A DNA stretch of 64,000 bases, taken from the NCBI GenBank assembly GCA_029856155.1, contig JAHQWL010000040.1:64001-128000 (forward strand), written 5' to 3'. The DNA is from Promethearchaeia archaeon. Its GTDB lineage: Archaea; Asgardarchaeota; Lokiarchaeia; Sigyniarchaeales; SOKP01. Shown one piece after another: positions 29,202-40,066 of this stretch. The first letter of the stretch is position 1. Each line of letters opens with the position of its first letter. The notes below the pieces were generated by a model, which was not told the DNA's origin, searched no databases, and was given only the letters and a program-made list of their open reading frames with translations. The position numbers and the translations under genes were made by a program.

Positions 29202-30044
29202 TCCCAGAAACATGGATGTTTTTAATAATAAACTAATTCTTTTAAAATCCTTTTTTACTAAATTGGGTTTTAACATTAATGTTATAGTATATACTGCTAG
29301 AGCTAATCCAAAAAACATCGAAATCAAAAAGAACATTTGATTTAAAATATTAGTGAAATTTGGTAAAATAAAGAAAACTACGGCTAATATTGCAAATATA
29401 AGAGATAAATTTTTTGATTTTTTAATCCCAATCTTAATTGCTAATGTTTTTACACCTTCATTTTTATCTCCTTCAATATCTTCGCACCCCTTGATAATTT
29501 CTCTAGAGAGTAGAAGGAAGAATGCCGTTAAGAAAAAGAAATATATATATGGAGGAATGTTCGAATTGTTTAAAACAGCTCCGTAAATAAGTCCAATCGA
29601 AAAGGATACACTGACAATTATATTTCCGATAAATCCACTTTTTTTACCCCAAGCTGCGTATAACCAGCCTATAAAAACAAAAAAAAAAGCTATAATAATA
29701 TTCAGATATCCAATATTAAAAAAAATACTATGAAAAATAGCAATTGCAATGCCTACTAAAGAAGTTGCTATCCATAAGATCTTTGCTTGACTTAATGTTA
29801 TTGAACCTCTGGGTATAGGTCTTTCGGGACGGTTTATTTTATCAATTTCAATATCATAATAGTCATTAATGACCATCCCTGAACCTGCGATAAAAAAGTA
29901 AGTAAGAATTCCTAAAATTAGATTCAAAATTAACTTAAAAGGATCTATTCCTAATCTTGTATTTAGAATTCCTATAATAACAGTTAAACTTCCCATTAAA
30001 TCATTAATAGGTCGAAGAATTTCGATGGCATCTTTTAATTTCAT
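29172..30044 (-). CDS. Digeranylgeranylglyceryl phosphate synthase (UbiA family)
   Basis: NDYYDIEIDKINRPERPIPRG, REIIKGCEDIEGD..G.KTL; adjacent to GGGP synthase. Confidence 0.9.
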   Translation of the reverse strand: MKLKDAIEILRPINDLMGSLTVIIGILNTRLGIDPFKLILNLILGILTYFFIAGSGMVINDYYDIEIDKINRPERPIPRGSITLSQAKILWIATSLVGIAIAIFHSIFFNIGYLNIIIAFFFVFIGWLYAAWGKKSGFIGNIIVSVSFSIGLIYGAVLNNSNIPPYIYFFFLTAFFLLLSREIIKGCEDIEGDKNEGVKTLAIKIGIKKSKNLSLIFAILAVVFFILPNFTNILNQMFFLISMFFGLALAVYTITLMLKPNLVKKDFKRISLLLKTSMFLGLIAFIFASF

Positions 30045-30057
30045 TAAAATACACTCT

Positions 30058-30876
30058 TTATCTTATTGCAAAATTCTTTTTCTGATATTTCCCAGCGTTT
30101 TTAATTTCATCAACTATGCCTTTTAATGAGTTTCCATTATCTTTAAGAATATGATTTTCGATATAAGTACCCATTACGATGATATCTGCTCCAGCGTCCA
30201 CGAAAGCTCTTGCATCTTCTTTATTGTCAACGCCACCACCAGTAATTATTGGAATATTTAGAACTGATGAACATGTTTTTATATGGTCAACAGGAATTTT
30301 TTCTCCTCCCGAACCTGCTTCTAAATATACAATTTTGAAACCAAACATTTCTGCCGCTAAAGCATAAGCTGCTGTTAATTTAGGTTTCTTTCTAGGTAAT
30401 AATCTCGCATTACCTATCCATCCCGCACTACCTCCAGGTTCTATTATTAGGTATGCCATCGAAATATATTCTAAGTTATAAGATTTAATTGTATAAGAAG
30501 CAAGGGCTTGTTGACCAATGATTGAATAAGGATCAGATGAGTTTAATAAAGACATAAAAAAAATCGCATCAGCATGTTTAGAAACATTACTAATACCTCC
30601 AGGAAAAATAATAATTGGGACCGAGACTTTATCTTTTATTGCCACTATTGTATTATCAACAAAGGTTTGATCAAACACAGTACTTCCTCCTATTAAAATG
30701 GCATCAGTACCAGCCTCTTCAGCATATTTTGCCATTTTTCCCGCTTTGGATGGTCCTTGTCTTAATGGATCAGGATCTATTAAAGAAAAATGCAAGGCTC
30801 CTTCAGTATTGATTTTTTTAATTAAATATTCATAAGTACTTTTTTCAATATACTCATCAATTATTATATCAACCAT
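30058..30876 (-). CDS. Geranylgeranylglyceryl phosphate synthase
   Basis: HFSLIDPD, TDAILIGGS, FPG, ADAIFFMSLLNS, YLEAGSG, TGGG. Confidence 0.92.
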   Translation of the reverse strand: MVDIIIDEYIEKSTYEYLIKKINTEGALHFSLIDPDPLRQGPSKAGKMAKYAEEAGTDAILIGGSTVFDQTFVDNTIVAIKDKVSVPIIIFPGGISNVSKHADAIFFMSLLNSSDPYSIIGQQALASYTIKSYNLEYISMAYLIIEPGGSAGWIGNARLLPRKKPKLTAAYALAAEMFGFKIVYLEAGSGGEKIPVDHIKTCSSVLNIPIITGGGVDNKEDARAFVDAGADIIVMGTYIENHILKDNGNSLKGIVDEIKNAGKYQKKNFAIR

Positions 30877-30899
30877 AAAATTCACATCTTTTAAGTTCT

Positions 30900-32291
30900 T
30901 TATTTCTTTTTTGTATTTACAATCATTCTTTCAATATTATCATATATTGCAATAACATTTTCTTTCCAATTAGAAAATTGATCTAAATTTTTCGCAAATT
31001 TTTTATAAAGTTTAGCGATCTCGTTCATTTTTATCCTAAGATAATTTAGATCTAATAATAATTTTGGTTGGGAAATCCCTTTAACAGCTTTAACCGCCAT
31101 ATTAATTAAAGATAAATTTAACCCCCCCGTTGAGGAAATTTCTAAAATTTCTTCTCCTTTCAACAAATCTCGTTCTAAACCAAAATTTAATTCCTCATTT
31201 GAAAGATTTTGCAGAACAATTCTTAATAAATCTAATGAGGCAAATTCAGCTCCAAAACTTGTCATTATATTATAATTATAATCCCATAACTCGTTTATGG
31301 AATTATCATTATTTTCTATTGCATGAACCGCTGAATTTGCAGCATGAAATCCCGCTCTCATAGAGGGATCAATCCCACCACCATGAAGTGGATTAACTTG
31401 ACAGGCAGCATCTCCTACTAACATAAACCCGTTATCCGCACAGGACCATAGTGGCCTTCTTACAGGAACTACACCACCTCCAGTTGAGAGAATTTCAGCT
31501 TTGGATGTTTTAATAAATTCTTGAAATACATTTGTTTTATATAAATCCTTTACTTTGCCTCGATAATCCATAAAGGTACCAATTCCTATATTAATGGAAG
31601 TCTCGTTTTTTGGAAAATACCAGATGTATCCTCCAGGAGCTTTTTCTTGATCTAGAATTATTGTAATGTATTCGGGATCATCTACTTGTTGATCTATAGG
31701 TGAGAATTTTACAATCTCACGATAACATAAAATACTATCGTTTTTTGATATCTTTTTTTCAATTAGGGAACTTCTTACATTTTTTCTTAAGGGAGAATAA
31801 AATCCACTCGCATCAATAACGATTTTTGCATTTAGGTTTATCTTTTCTCCATTTTCTAATTTAACGTGAAGTCCATTTACAGTTCCATTTTTATATAACA
31901 AATCTAATGCCAGTGTTTTATCTAAGAATTGTTTAACACCAGCATCAAGAGCTTCATTCAATAATCTTTGTCCAAATTCTAATCTATTAACGATATAACC
32001 TGCTTGTTTTGGATCTAAAAGAATAATACATTTCTTAAGATTTGGAGAATATAATTTTGCACCTTTTATATGACAAGATAATTCTTCATTTTTTGGATGG
32101 TTAATCTTTAAGAAATCAAAAATTTCATTTCCTACAGCATCACCGCATATTTTATCTCCAATATCTCCTCTTTGTTTTCTATCTATTAAACATACATTTA
32201 AACCCTTCTTTGCGGTAAATCTTGCGGCGCTGGTTCCGCCTGTACCAGCTCCGACTATTATAACATCAAAGGATTTTTCTATGTTTTCCAT
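30900..32291 (-). CDS. Digeranylgeranylglycerophospholipid reductase (geranylgeranyl reductase)
   Basis: GAGTGG, KICGDA, DASG, PGGYIWYFPK, GDAACQVNPLHGGGI. Confidence 0.88.
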   Translation of the reverse strand: MENIEKSFDVIIVGAGTGGTSAARFTAKKGLNVCLIDRKQRGDIGDKICGDAVGNEIFDFLKINHPKNEELSCHIKGAKLYSPNLKKCIILLDPKQAGYIVNRLEFGQRLLNEALDAGVKQFLDKTLALDLLYKNGTVNGLHVKLENGEKINLNAKIVIDASGFYSPLRKNVRSSLIEKKISKNDSILCYREIVKFSPIDQQVDDPEYITIILDQEKAPGGYIWYFPKNETSINIGIGTFMDYRGKVKDLYKTNVFQEFIKTSKAEILSTGGGVVPVRRPLWSCADNGFMLVGDAACQVNPLHGGGIDPSMRAGFHAANSAVHAIENNDNSINELWDYNYNIMTSFGAEFASLDLLRIVLQNLSNEELNFGLERDLLKGEEILEISSTGGLNLSLINMAVKAVKGISQPKLLLDLNYLRIKMNEIAKLYKKFAKNLDQFSNWKENVIAIYDNIERMIVNTKKK

Positions 32292-32349
32292 AATAAAGGA
32301 TCTTATATTGTTAATTAATTTTTGAGTTAAAATAAAAGATTTTTTGATG

Positions 32350-33099
32350 TTAGAGTAAAGTTAAAAGGTATATGATTAAAGTGCTACCTATGGGAACTGT
32401 TAAATCATCATATGTACTCGGAGAAATTAGTTCGATTATGGTTGCAATTGCACTGGTAATTAATGAATATACTAGTATAGTAGGTAAATTCAAAGGGTCT
32501 TGAAAAGTAGGGATTAGCAAGCCAAATAGGTAAAACGAGAGAAAACATAACAGATATGCAGTCCCAAAGAAAGTTAAACTTCCTTCTAAGGTTCTTTTTG
32601 AATTAGTATATTTAAGACACAAACTTATCTTTCCCCAACGTTTTCCTATTATTGAAGCTAAAGTATCAGCAACTATCATTATCAATACTCCTGCGATTGG
32701 AAAATAAAATTGATCTGAAGCGAAAATTCCAAAAATAAATACTAATAATGTAATAGAAATACAATAAAAAAAGGGACCTTGAAGAAAAGCTCTCTTTAAA
32801 CCATTTTCTTGTTCTTCAGAAATTGCATCATATAAATCTTTTAGTTGTTTTACTTTTGATTCTTTTGAGCTAAAATATACTAATATAGTTAAAATACCGG
32901 CTATAATGGTTGACCAAAACGGCCAAAAATAAAACGGTGAGCTTAATATTGCTAAACCAGCAAACATATGGACGGACTTACGTGCTGAGAATTTTGAGAT
33001 TTTTTCCTTTTTGTATAATATCAGAGGTATAAAAATCGCTAAAATCACATAAAAGAAGGTAATTCCAACAATTCCAAGATCAGTGAGAATCCAATTCAT
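32350..33099 (-). CDS. Dolichol/phytol kinase-like membrane protein
   Basis: ARKSVH, ADTLASIIGKRWG, KRTLEGS, IELIS..DDLTVP. Confidence 0.8.
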   Translation of the reverse strand: MNWILTDLGIVGITFFYVILAIFIPLILYKKEKISKFSARKSVHMFAGLAILSSPFYFWPFWSTIIAGILTILVYFSSKESKVKQLKDLYDAISEEQENGLKRAFLQGPFFYCISITLLVFIFGIFASDQFYFPIAGVLIMIVADTLASIIGKRWGKISLCLKYTNSKRTLEGSLTFFGTAYLLCFLSFYLFGLLIPTFQDPLNLPTILVYSLITSAIATIIELISPSTYDDLTVPIGSTLIIYLLTLL

Positions 33100-33254
33100 T
33101 TTAGTATCATTTTGTTTAATTAATAAACCAAAAAAGTATTCTTACTTTAAAGACTTTTTTACCACGTAAGATTTTATTACAAATAAGAATATGAAAGTTC
33201 TTATATTGAAGGGAATTTATTATAAATCAATAATTACTATTATATCTTCTAAAA

Positions 33255-35921
33255 ATGTCGAAGAAATCATTTGGTTCTGGTTATTTTGGTCAATGGTTTT
33301 ATGATGATTTTGGATTACCAGCATACCGATATACTTGCGATCAAATCAATGACCATAAAGCGATCACACCGATGAATGAAGTGTGGCATGCTAAAACTGA
33401 TCATTGGCACCAAGTAGGGAACGATCGATTAGTTGCCGTGGCATCTAATTATGGTCATCTTCAGGTCAGACAAGATGAGGGAGGTCCTAAGTTTCTCAAT
33501 GTTTATGATCCTGAATATAGACATTATGCGGGAGGATTTGGGTACTTAACAGATGGAAATAATGTTATTTCTACTTTTTATTCTAAGCGGTATTCATTGT
33601 TTGAACGAATATTTGGAATAGGATACTACCAAAAAATAGTCGAGGATAAAGGATATAAAGCAGATCAAGTGATTTTTGCTCCATTTGGGAATGATCCAAT
33701 ACTAATTTCACAAATTACAATAACTAACAAACGTGAAATAGCTGTGGATTTGGAATGGATTGAATATTGGGGTTGTTTCATGTATCAATTTTCATTATTA
33801 TCTTTTGGTAGAGGTTTGCAAGTAAAAGATCAATCGTTCACGAGGAAACTCCGAAGAGATTTTAATAAAAAATTTAAAAATAAATTTCAAATTGTAGAGA
33901 ATAATATAGGATTGTTGGTAACTAGATACACCGACTCTGGAGTTAATAAAACGGATTATAAAACTAAAACTAAAAAGCCTACGTTCGATGATAATCACCC
34001 ACCTTCAACCTTTCTAATTTCCCTTGATGCGGTTGCAGATGGTTTAAGCACGAATGAATCCTTATTTTTTGGGAATAATAACATAGAATCCCCCAATGGT
34101 ATTTTTTCAACATTTAAATCCAAATTATCTATCCTAGATAATGAAAATGCAATGTTTATTAAACGAAAAATTCACTTAGAACCTTCAGAGAGTCAAACAT
34201 TGTATTTTGCATACGGTTATCTTCCAGACGACTTCGACCTAAATTTACTTTTGAATAAATATAAAACAGATATTTTTCATTTATGGAGAAAATCTAGCGA
34301 AGCTTGGAAAGAAAAACGTATGCAATTAAATGTTCCGGAAGATCCTTGGATAATTAGAGAAATTATATGGCATAATTATTATTTACGAAGTGCAATGACT
34401 TACGATAGTTTCTTTCAAGAACACATCCTTTCACAAGGATTAATATATCAGTATATTATGGGTTTTCAAGGTGCTGTTCGTGATCCGCTCCAGCATGCTA
34501 AACCATTTCTATTCATTGAACCAAATATTGTAAAAGAAATTCTTAGATATACGATGAAGGAAGTAAAGGAGGATGGAGAATTACCTTATAGTATAACTGG
34601 TTTTGGTATGGCATTTGATCCAATCAAATCAAGTGATTTTGAATTATGGCTTTTATTGTTAGCTAGTGAATACATTCTTGTGACTCGAGATGTAAATTTT
34701 CTTAATGAGGAAATACCAACATACCCTCTTTATGGTAGAAAAGCTGGAAGGTCAACAGTGCGAGAATTATTATATAGATGTTATAAACATTTTACAGAAA
34801 TTACTGGAACTGGTCCACATGGAATTCAACGATTATCAGTTGGAGATTGGAATGATACGATTTTGTTAGGTTTAGTACCTAATGAAAAATTAGATGAAGT
34901 TCGAAAAAATGGAGAGAGTATTTTAAATTCAGCTATGGCTACTTATACTCTTAGACGATATGCTGAAATATTGAATTTAAGTGGTGAAAGTGATACAGCA
35001 GAACAAATTCTAAAATATGTTAAAAAACAGATAGAAGCCGTTCGTGCTCAATGGACTGGTAAGTGGTTTAAACGAGCTTGGTTAACAGAAGATATCGGAT
35101 GGTTTGGAGAAGATCAGATATGGTTAGAGCCCCAACCTTGGACAATTTTAGGAGAAATTACAGATCAAGAACAAGCAGAAATTTTAATTAAATCTATAAA
35201 TCAACTCTTAAGAGAATCATCACCAATTGGTGCTATGCTCCATAATAGGGGTTTTAAAGGTAAAATCATAGGTATGGGAGCAAATGCAGGGATCTGGTAT
35301 TCTATAAATGGTACATTGATATGGGCTTTGTCTAAAGTAGATGGAGATATGGCTTGGGAGGAGTGGAAAAAAAATACTCTAGCTTATCATGCTGACAGTT
35401 ATCCAGATATATGGTATGGGATATGGAGTGGACCAGATACATATAATTCTATATTATCTAAATACCCAGGTCACGTTGTGTTTAACCCATTTTACCTCAC
35501 AGGAGATATTAAAGATGAATCAGAAATTCTTACATCAACGGGTTTAAATTTCACAGATTTTCCAATTATGAACCTCCATAGTCATGCATGGCCATTATAT
35601 AATACAATACATTTAATTGGTGCTGTATTCAATGTTGAAGGTATAGAGTTTACACCTATTATACCTAAAGAAGAATATGAATTTTCATCTCCGTTATTAG
35701 GATTTAAAAAATCACGTGATGGATATTCTGGTTGGTACGCACCCTTAGTTGAAGGGAATTGGAAAATTTCCCTGATAGTAGATAAAGATGAATTAAAAGA
35801 ATTTAGAAATATTGAAATTAACGGTAAAGAAGTAGAATTACTTATTGAGAATGATAAATTAGTATTATTTGGTAGAACTGCTCCAAATAATCCATTAAAT
35901 TGGATAATTAACAAATATTAA
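33255..35921 (+). CDS. GH94-like glycoside phosphorylase/hydrolase ((alpha/alpha)6 catalytic domain)
   Basis: GAVRDPLQ, GPHGI....GDWND, GESILN, W.GKWFKRAW, IWLEPQPW, NAGIW. Confidence 0.65.
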   Translation: MSKKSFGSGYFGQWFYDDFGLPAYRYTCDQINDHKAITPMNEVWHAKTDHWHQVGNDRLVAVASNYGHLQVRQDEGGPKFLNVYDPEYRHYAGGFGYLTDGNNVISTFYSKRYSLFERIFGIGYYQKIVEDKGYKADQVIFAPFGNDPILISQITITNKREIAVDLEWIEYWGCFMYQFSLLSFGRGLQVKDQSFTRKLRRDFNKKFKNKFQIVENNIGLLVTRYTDSGVNKTDYKTKTKKPTFDDNHPPSTFLISLDAVADGLSTNESLFFGNNNIESPNGIFSTFKSKLSILDNENAMFIKRKIHLEPSESQTLYFAYGYLPDDFDLNLLLNKYKTDIFHLWRKSSEAWKEKRMQLNVPEDPWIIREIIWHNYYLRSAMTYDSFFQEHILSQGLIYQYIMGFQGAVRDPLQHAKPFLFIEPNIVKEILRYTMKEVKEDGELPYSITGFGMAFDPIKSSDFELWLLLLASEYILVTRDVNFLNEEIPTYPLYGRKAGRSTVRELLYRCYKHFTEITGTGPHGIQRLSVGDWNDTILLGLVPNEKLDEVRKNGESILNSAMATYTLRRYAEILNLSGESDTAEQILKYVKKQIEAVRAQWTGKWFKRAWLTEDIGWFGEDQIWLEPQPWTILGEITDQEQAEILIKSINQLLRESSPIGAMLHNRGFKGKIIGMGANAGIWYSINGTLIWALSKVDGDMAWEEWKKNTLAYHADSYPDIWYGIWSGPDTYNSILSKYPGHVVFNPFYLTGDIKDESEILTSTGLNFTDFPIMNLHSHAWPLYNTIHLIGAVFNVEGIEFTPIIPKEEYEFSSPLLGFKKSRDGYSGWYAPLVEGNWKISLIVDKDELKEFRNIEINGKEVELLIENDKLVLFGRTAPNNPLNWIINKY

Positions 35922-35925
35922 ATTG

Positions 35926-37134
35926 TTATCTCAAACAACAATTTTTATATTTTTTTCCACTCCCACAAGGACATGGTGAATTACGACCAATTTTTTTTAA
36001 ATTAACTTGGATATTTGAATTAATTTTATTCCTTCTTTTTATTTTATCAGCAATTATTTTAAATCGCGGTAAAGTATACGTATAGAATCTTTTCCATCCT
36101 TTACATAAGTTACTTAAAGGATTTGAATCCATAGAGCTTCCAATACGGAATTTCTGGCAATCACCATGGCATAAACTAATGAAAGGACAAGAATTACAAT
36201 TTTCATGCCAGTTAGCTTTTTCTCGTCCGAATTTATGATAAATTGGAGATTTTAAAATATCTTCCCATTTATCATGAAGAACATTTCCTAATAATAGATC
36301 CTCACGAACAAAAAAATCACATGGATAAACACTTCCATCGTACTCAATTACAAAATATTGGGAACAATTTTTACCCATATAACATACGTTATAGCGTCCA
36401 TACACTAAATATTCCAATATTGAATCAAAAAGTCGAATAGAAATTTTATTTATATCTTCTTTTATCCATTGATCAAATAGATCACAAAGAAAATTTCCCC
36501 ATTCTTCTCCTGTTACTGAAAAGGATTCCGGAATATTTCTTTCATTATATTCAACACATGGGATATATTGATGATAATAAAAACCTTGTTCTTTTAGATA
36601 ATGATAAATTTCATTCGCTTTTTTTACATTTTCATTGTTCACAAGAATTAAAATGTTGAATTCTACCTTATTCTCTCTCAAATACTCAATACCACGTATA
36701 ACTAAGTGATGAGTGGGATTTTTACCTATAGTTTTTCTATAGTAATCATGTATATAAGCAGGTCCGTCAAGACTTACTCCAATTAGAAATTTATATTCTC
36801 CAAGAAATCGCGAAAAATCATCAGTAATAAGAGTACCATTTGTCTGTAGCCCATTACTTATGACAGCTCCAGAAGGAGCATAAAGTTTTTGAAATTCTAC
36901 CGCTTTTTGAAAGAATTTTAGCCCCATTATCATCGGTTCCCCTCCTTGCCACCCAAAAGCATAATTATTATTTTGATTTGTCTTCATATAGCTTGCAATC
37001 ATTTTTTCTAATACCTCATTTGACATTCGAGGTGTGCCGTTAATCTTTTCAAGGTGATCTATATAGAAACAGTACTTACATCTTAGATTACAATCGGCTG
37101 AGGCTGGTTTTATCAATAATGAAAAAGTCTTCAT
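35926..37134 (-). CDS. Anaerobic sulfatase maturase (radical SAM/SPASM) with SEC-C tail
   Basis: LIKPASADCNLRCKYCFY, WQGGEP, LQTNG, SLDGP, YPCDFFV, SPASM cysteines, GRNSPCPCGSGKKYKNCC. Confidence 0.92.
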   Translation of the reverse strand: MKTFSLLIKPASADCNLRCKYCFYIDHLEKINGTPRMSNEVLEKMIASYMKTNQNNNYAFGWQGGEPMIMGLKFFQKAVEFQKLYAPSGAVISNGLQTNGTLITDDFSRFLGEYKFLIGVSLDGPAYIHDYYRKTIGKNPTHHLVIRGIEYLRENKVEFNILILVNNENVKKANEIYHYLKEQGFYYHQYIPCVEYNERNIPESFSVTGEEWGNFLCDLFDQWIKEDINKISIRLFDSILEYLVYGRYNVCYMGKNCSQYFVIEYDGSVYPCDFFVREDLLLGNVLHDKWEDILKSPIYHKFGREKANWHENCNSCPFISLCHGDCQKFRIGSSMDSNPLSNLCKGWKRFYTYTLPRFKIIADKIKRRNKINSNIQVNLKKIGRNSPCPCGSGKKYKNCCLR

Positions 37135-37300
37135 TTTCTTATAAATCAATTTTTTTATTTTTTTGTCTAAAACATATCAAAATAGCTTTTATCTGCAATT
37201 AATTTCTAATTTTAATACTCAAAGCAAATTAAGGATAATTCTTATAATTATTTTACATGATTAAACATTAATAGATTTATCAAATAGATATCGTATTATC

Positions 37301-38728
37301 ATGAAAATTTTTTTAATAATATTTGATACATTGAGGAAAGATCATACTGGAAGGACTTATGGAAATGAATGGATAAAAACCCCAAATTTTGATGAATTTG
37401 CTAAAGATTGCATTATATTTGATAAAGCTTATCCTGAATCATTACCAACAATACCTGTACGTAGAGCTATTCATACTGGAATTCGTACTTTCCCGTTTAA
37501 CCATCAGAGACCAAAACTTCGAACTGATGATATAGTTAAGGCTCCAGGATGGCATCCAATCCCTCCTCAACAGAAACATCTTTCTGAGTACTTAAATAGT
37601 TTCGGATACAAAACGGCATTTATAACAAGCGCATATCATCAATTTAAACCTAATATGAATTTTCATCTAGGGTATGATCAATGGAATTGGATTAGAGGTC
37701 ATGAAAACGATAAATTTAGGGCAATTTTAAGGAAAGGTAAATCTGAACTTAATCAGATGATGAAAGAACATACTGTTAGTGGAGACCTTGCTGGTAGAGG
37801 GTATCAAAAACTTATATTAAATAGATATTTTCCAAATATTCAAAATAGAAAAACAGAAGAAAATTATTTTCCAGCTAAAACTTTTAAGAAGGCTATTGAA
37901 TTTATAAAAGACACTCAGGCAATTAATAAAACTTTTTGCTTAATTGATGAATTTGATCCACATGAACCTTGGGATCCTCCTCAAAAATACCTTGATCTTT
38001 ATGTGGATAAGAGTTACACTGGTAGAAAAGTAATTACGCCTGCTTATCGCCATGATATCGATTATCTTACTGAAGGAGAGTTAAAATATATGAGAGCTTG
38101 TTATGCGGGAGAAGTTTCGTTATGTGATGCGTGGTTTGGATATTTTATAAATGAATTAAAAAGTATGGAATTATATGAAGATTCTTTAATAATTTTTATC
38201 AGTGATCATGGACATTCCATCGGAGAACATAACGCAACAGGAAAGATCCCTTATTATTTGTATCCGGAATTGGTTGATATTCCTTTTATGATTAAACCAC
38301 CTCATGAGATTAATAAACCTAAAAGAATAAAAGAGCCATATGTTTATGATTTTGATATTTTACCTACAATCTTCGGTTTTTTAAATAAAGATAAACCCGA
38401 TATATTTGATGGAATAGATCTTTCAATATTTATTGAGGAAGATGATCAAGTTGTTGAAGATCGTAATTACATTACATGTGGTTTTCATGCTTGTACGTTA
38501 TATAAAGACGATAAATTTTCTTTTATTACTTCTAATAATAGATTATATCAACGACTCTTTGATTTATCAAAGGATCCGGAGTGGAATGTAAATATTGCTG
38601 AAGATAATCCTGAAATTTGCGAGAGAATATTTGATATAATCAAAAAAGATGCAAAGGGAGAGCTTCTCATAGAAGATAATACACAATTATTTGAAATGAA
38701 AGATTGGTACGAAATGAAGGAAGGATAA
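37301..38728 (+). CDS. Sulfatase-like protein, Thr at the nucleophile position (TxPxR)
   Basis: IIFDTLRKDH, TPNFD, PTIPVRRAIHTG, FDPHEPWDPP, SDHG. Confidence 0.85.
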   Translation: MKIFLIIFDTLRKDHTGRTYGNEWIKTPNFDEFAKDCIIFDKAYPESLPTIPVRRAIHTGIRTFPFNHQRPKLRTDDIVKAPGWHPIPPQQKHLSEYLNSFGYKTAFITSAYHQFKPNMNFHLGYDQWNWIRGHENDKFRAILRKGKSELNQMMKEHTVSGDLAGRGYQKLILNRYFPNIQNRKTEENYFPAKTFKKAIEFIKDTQAINKTFCLIDEFDPHEPWDPPQKYLDLYVDKSYTGRKVITPAYRHDIDYLTEGELKYMRACYAGEVSLCDAWFGYFINELKSMELYEDSLIIFISDHGHSIGEHNATGKIPYYLYPELVDIPFMIKPPHEINKPKRIKEPYVYDFDILPTIFGFLNKDKPDIFDGIDLSIFIEEDDQVVEDRNYITCGFHACTLYKDDKFSFITSNNRLYQRLFDLSKDPEWNVNIAEDNPEICERIFDIIKKDAKGELLIEDNTQLFEMKDWYEMKEG

Positions 38729-38796
38729 AATAAAACAATTTCCTTTTATAGATGAATCTAATATATAATTAAATACAATTTGGAAATTTTGAGAAT

Positions 38797-40062
38797 ATGT
38801 TAAGGGTCGGAATAATTGGATGTGGCGATATCGCCAATTTGAATGTGTTAGGTTATCTTCATTCCCACGATACAGAAATTGTTGCCGTTTCTGATACTGA
38901 TATTAAGAAAGCTAGAAATAAATTAGAACAATGGAGCTTAAGAACGATAAAGATATATCCAGACTATCGAGAGATGGTTAACCAGGAAGATTTAGACATC
39001 GTAGAAATTTTAACTCCACATCATCTTCATGGAACTATGACAGAATATTGTGCGAAAGCAGGAATTAAAGGAATTTCAGTTCAAAAACCAATGGCTCATA
39101 CAATAACAGATTGTGAAAACATGGTAAGGGTCTGTGAAGAAGAGAGGGTGAAATTAAAGGTATATGAAAATTTTCGATTCTATCCAGTGTATTTAAGAGC
39201 AAAGGAATTGTTAAATAATGGAATTATTGGAGAATTGTTAAATTTTAGAATCAATTCAATTAATGCAGGAGGCCCTAGTATGCCAAGAGATCTTAAATCA
39301 ACTGGATGGCGTCAAAATTTTGAGATTTGTGGTGGAGGTCCATGGGTTTACGATGATGGTATTCATAAATTTTCAATGGCACTATGGTTAATGGGTCAAG
39401 AAAGAGTTGAAAAAGTTTATAGTTGGATTGATTATTTTGCAGCAGTTTTTGATGGACCTAGTTATATACTTTGGAGATATCCAAAAGGAAATGTTGATGA
39501 ACCTCCCAAATTTGGCATTTTTGAGATTACTATAGCTCCAAATCTATATTATCCTACCAACTATTATGTATGCGATGAATTTATTGAAATCTCTGGTACA
39601 AAAGGTTTAATGTGGATAAATCAATGTACTTGTGGAGGGAATTATGTTTCAAAAAGTCTCCAATTCCCTCCTATTATAGTATATACTAATGGAGAAGCAA
39701 AAACATATGGGAATGACCTTCCAAGAGATTGGAGATATTCTTTTATAAATTCAACTGAACATTTTATTGAAGTAATGAAGAGTGGAGGAAAACCAATTTA
39801 CAATGGAGAACAAGGAAAAAACCTATCAATTTTTGCTAAAATGGCACACCTCTCAGATCAGCAAAAAAGAGCTGTTTTTTGGGAAGAAATGACTTCTGAA
39901 AATGAGAAAGACCGTTCCTGCTTAGTTGAGGCACCTAAAGATATTAATGGAGCGGGATTACATAAATATTTTATGAGGATTAGAAAGGATTTCAAAAAAG
40001 GCATAAAAGAAGGTTTAATTCATAAGGAATTGAAATATGATAAGGATTTATTATTAGAATAA
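38797..40062 (+). CDS. Gfo/Idh/MocA oxidoreductase
   Basis: VGIIGCG.IA, LDIVEILTPHHLH, VQKPMA, ENFRF, DDGIH. Confidence 0.9.
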   Translation: MLRVGIIGCGDIANLNVLGYLHSHDTEIVAVSDTDIKKARNKLEQWSLRTIKIYPDYREMVNQEDLDIVEILTPHHLHGTMTEYCAKAGIKGISVQKPMAHTITDCENMVRVCEEERVKLKVYENFRFYPVYLRAKELLNNGIIGELLNFRINSINAGGPSMPRDLKSTGWRQNFEICGGGPWVYDDGIHKFSMALWLMGQERVEKVYSWIDYFAAVFDGPSYILWRYPKGNVDEPPKFGIFEITIAPNLYYPTNYYVCDEFIEISGTKGLMWINQCTCGGNYVSKSLQFPPIIVYTNGEAKTYGNDLPRDWRYSFINSTEHFIEVMKSGGKPIYNGEQGKNLSIFAKMAHLSDQQKRAVFWEEMTSENEKDRSCLVEAPKDINGAGLHKYFMRIRKDFKKGIKEGLIHKELKYDKDLLLE

Positions 40063-40066
40063 TTTT

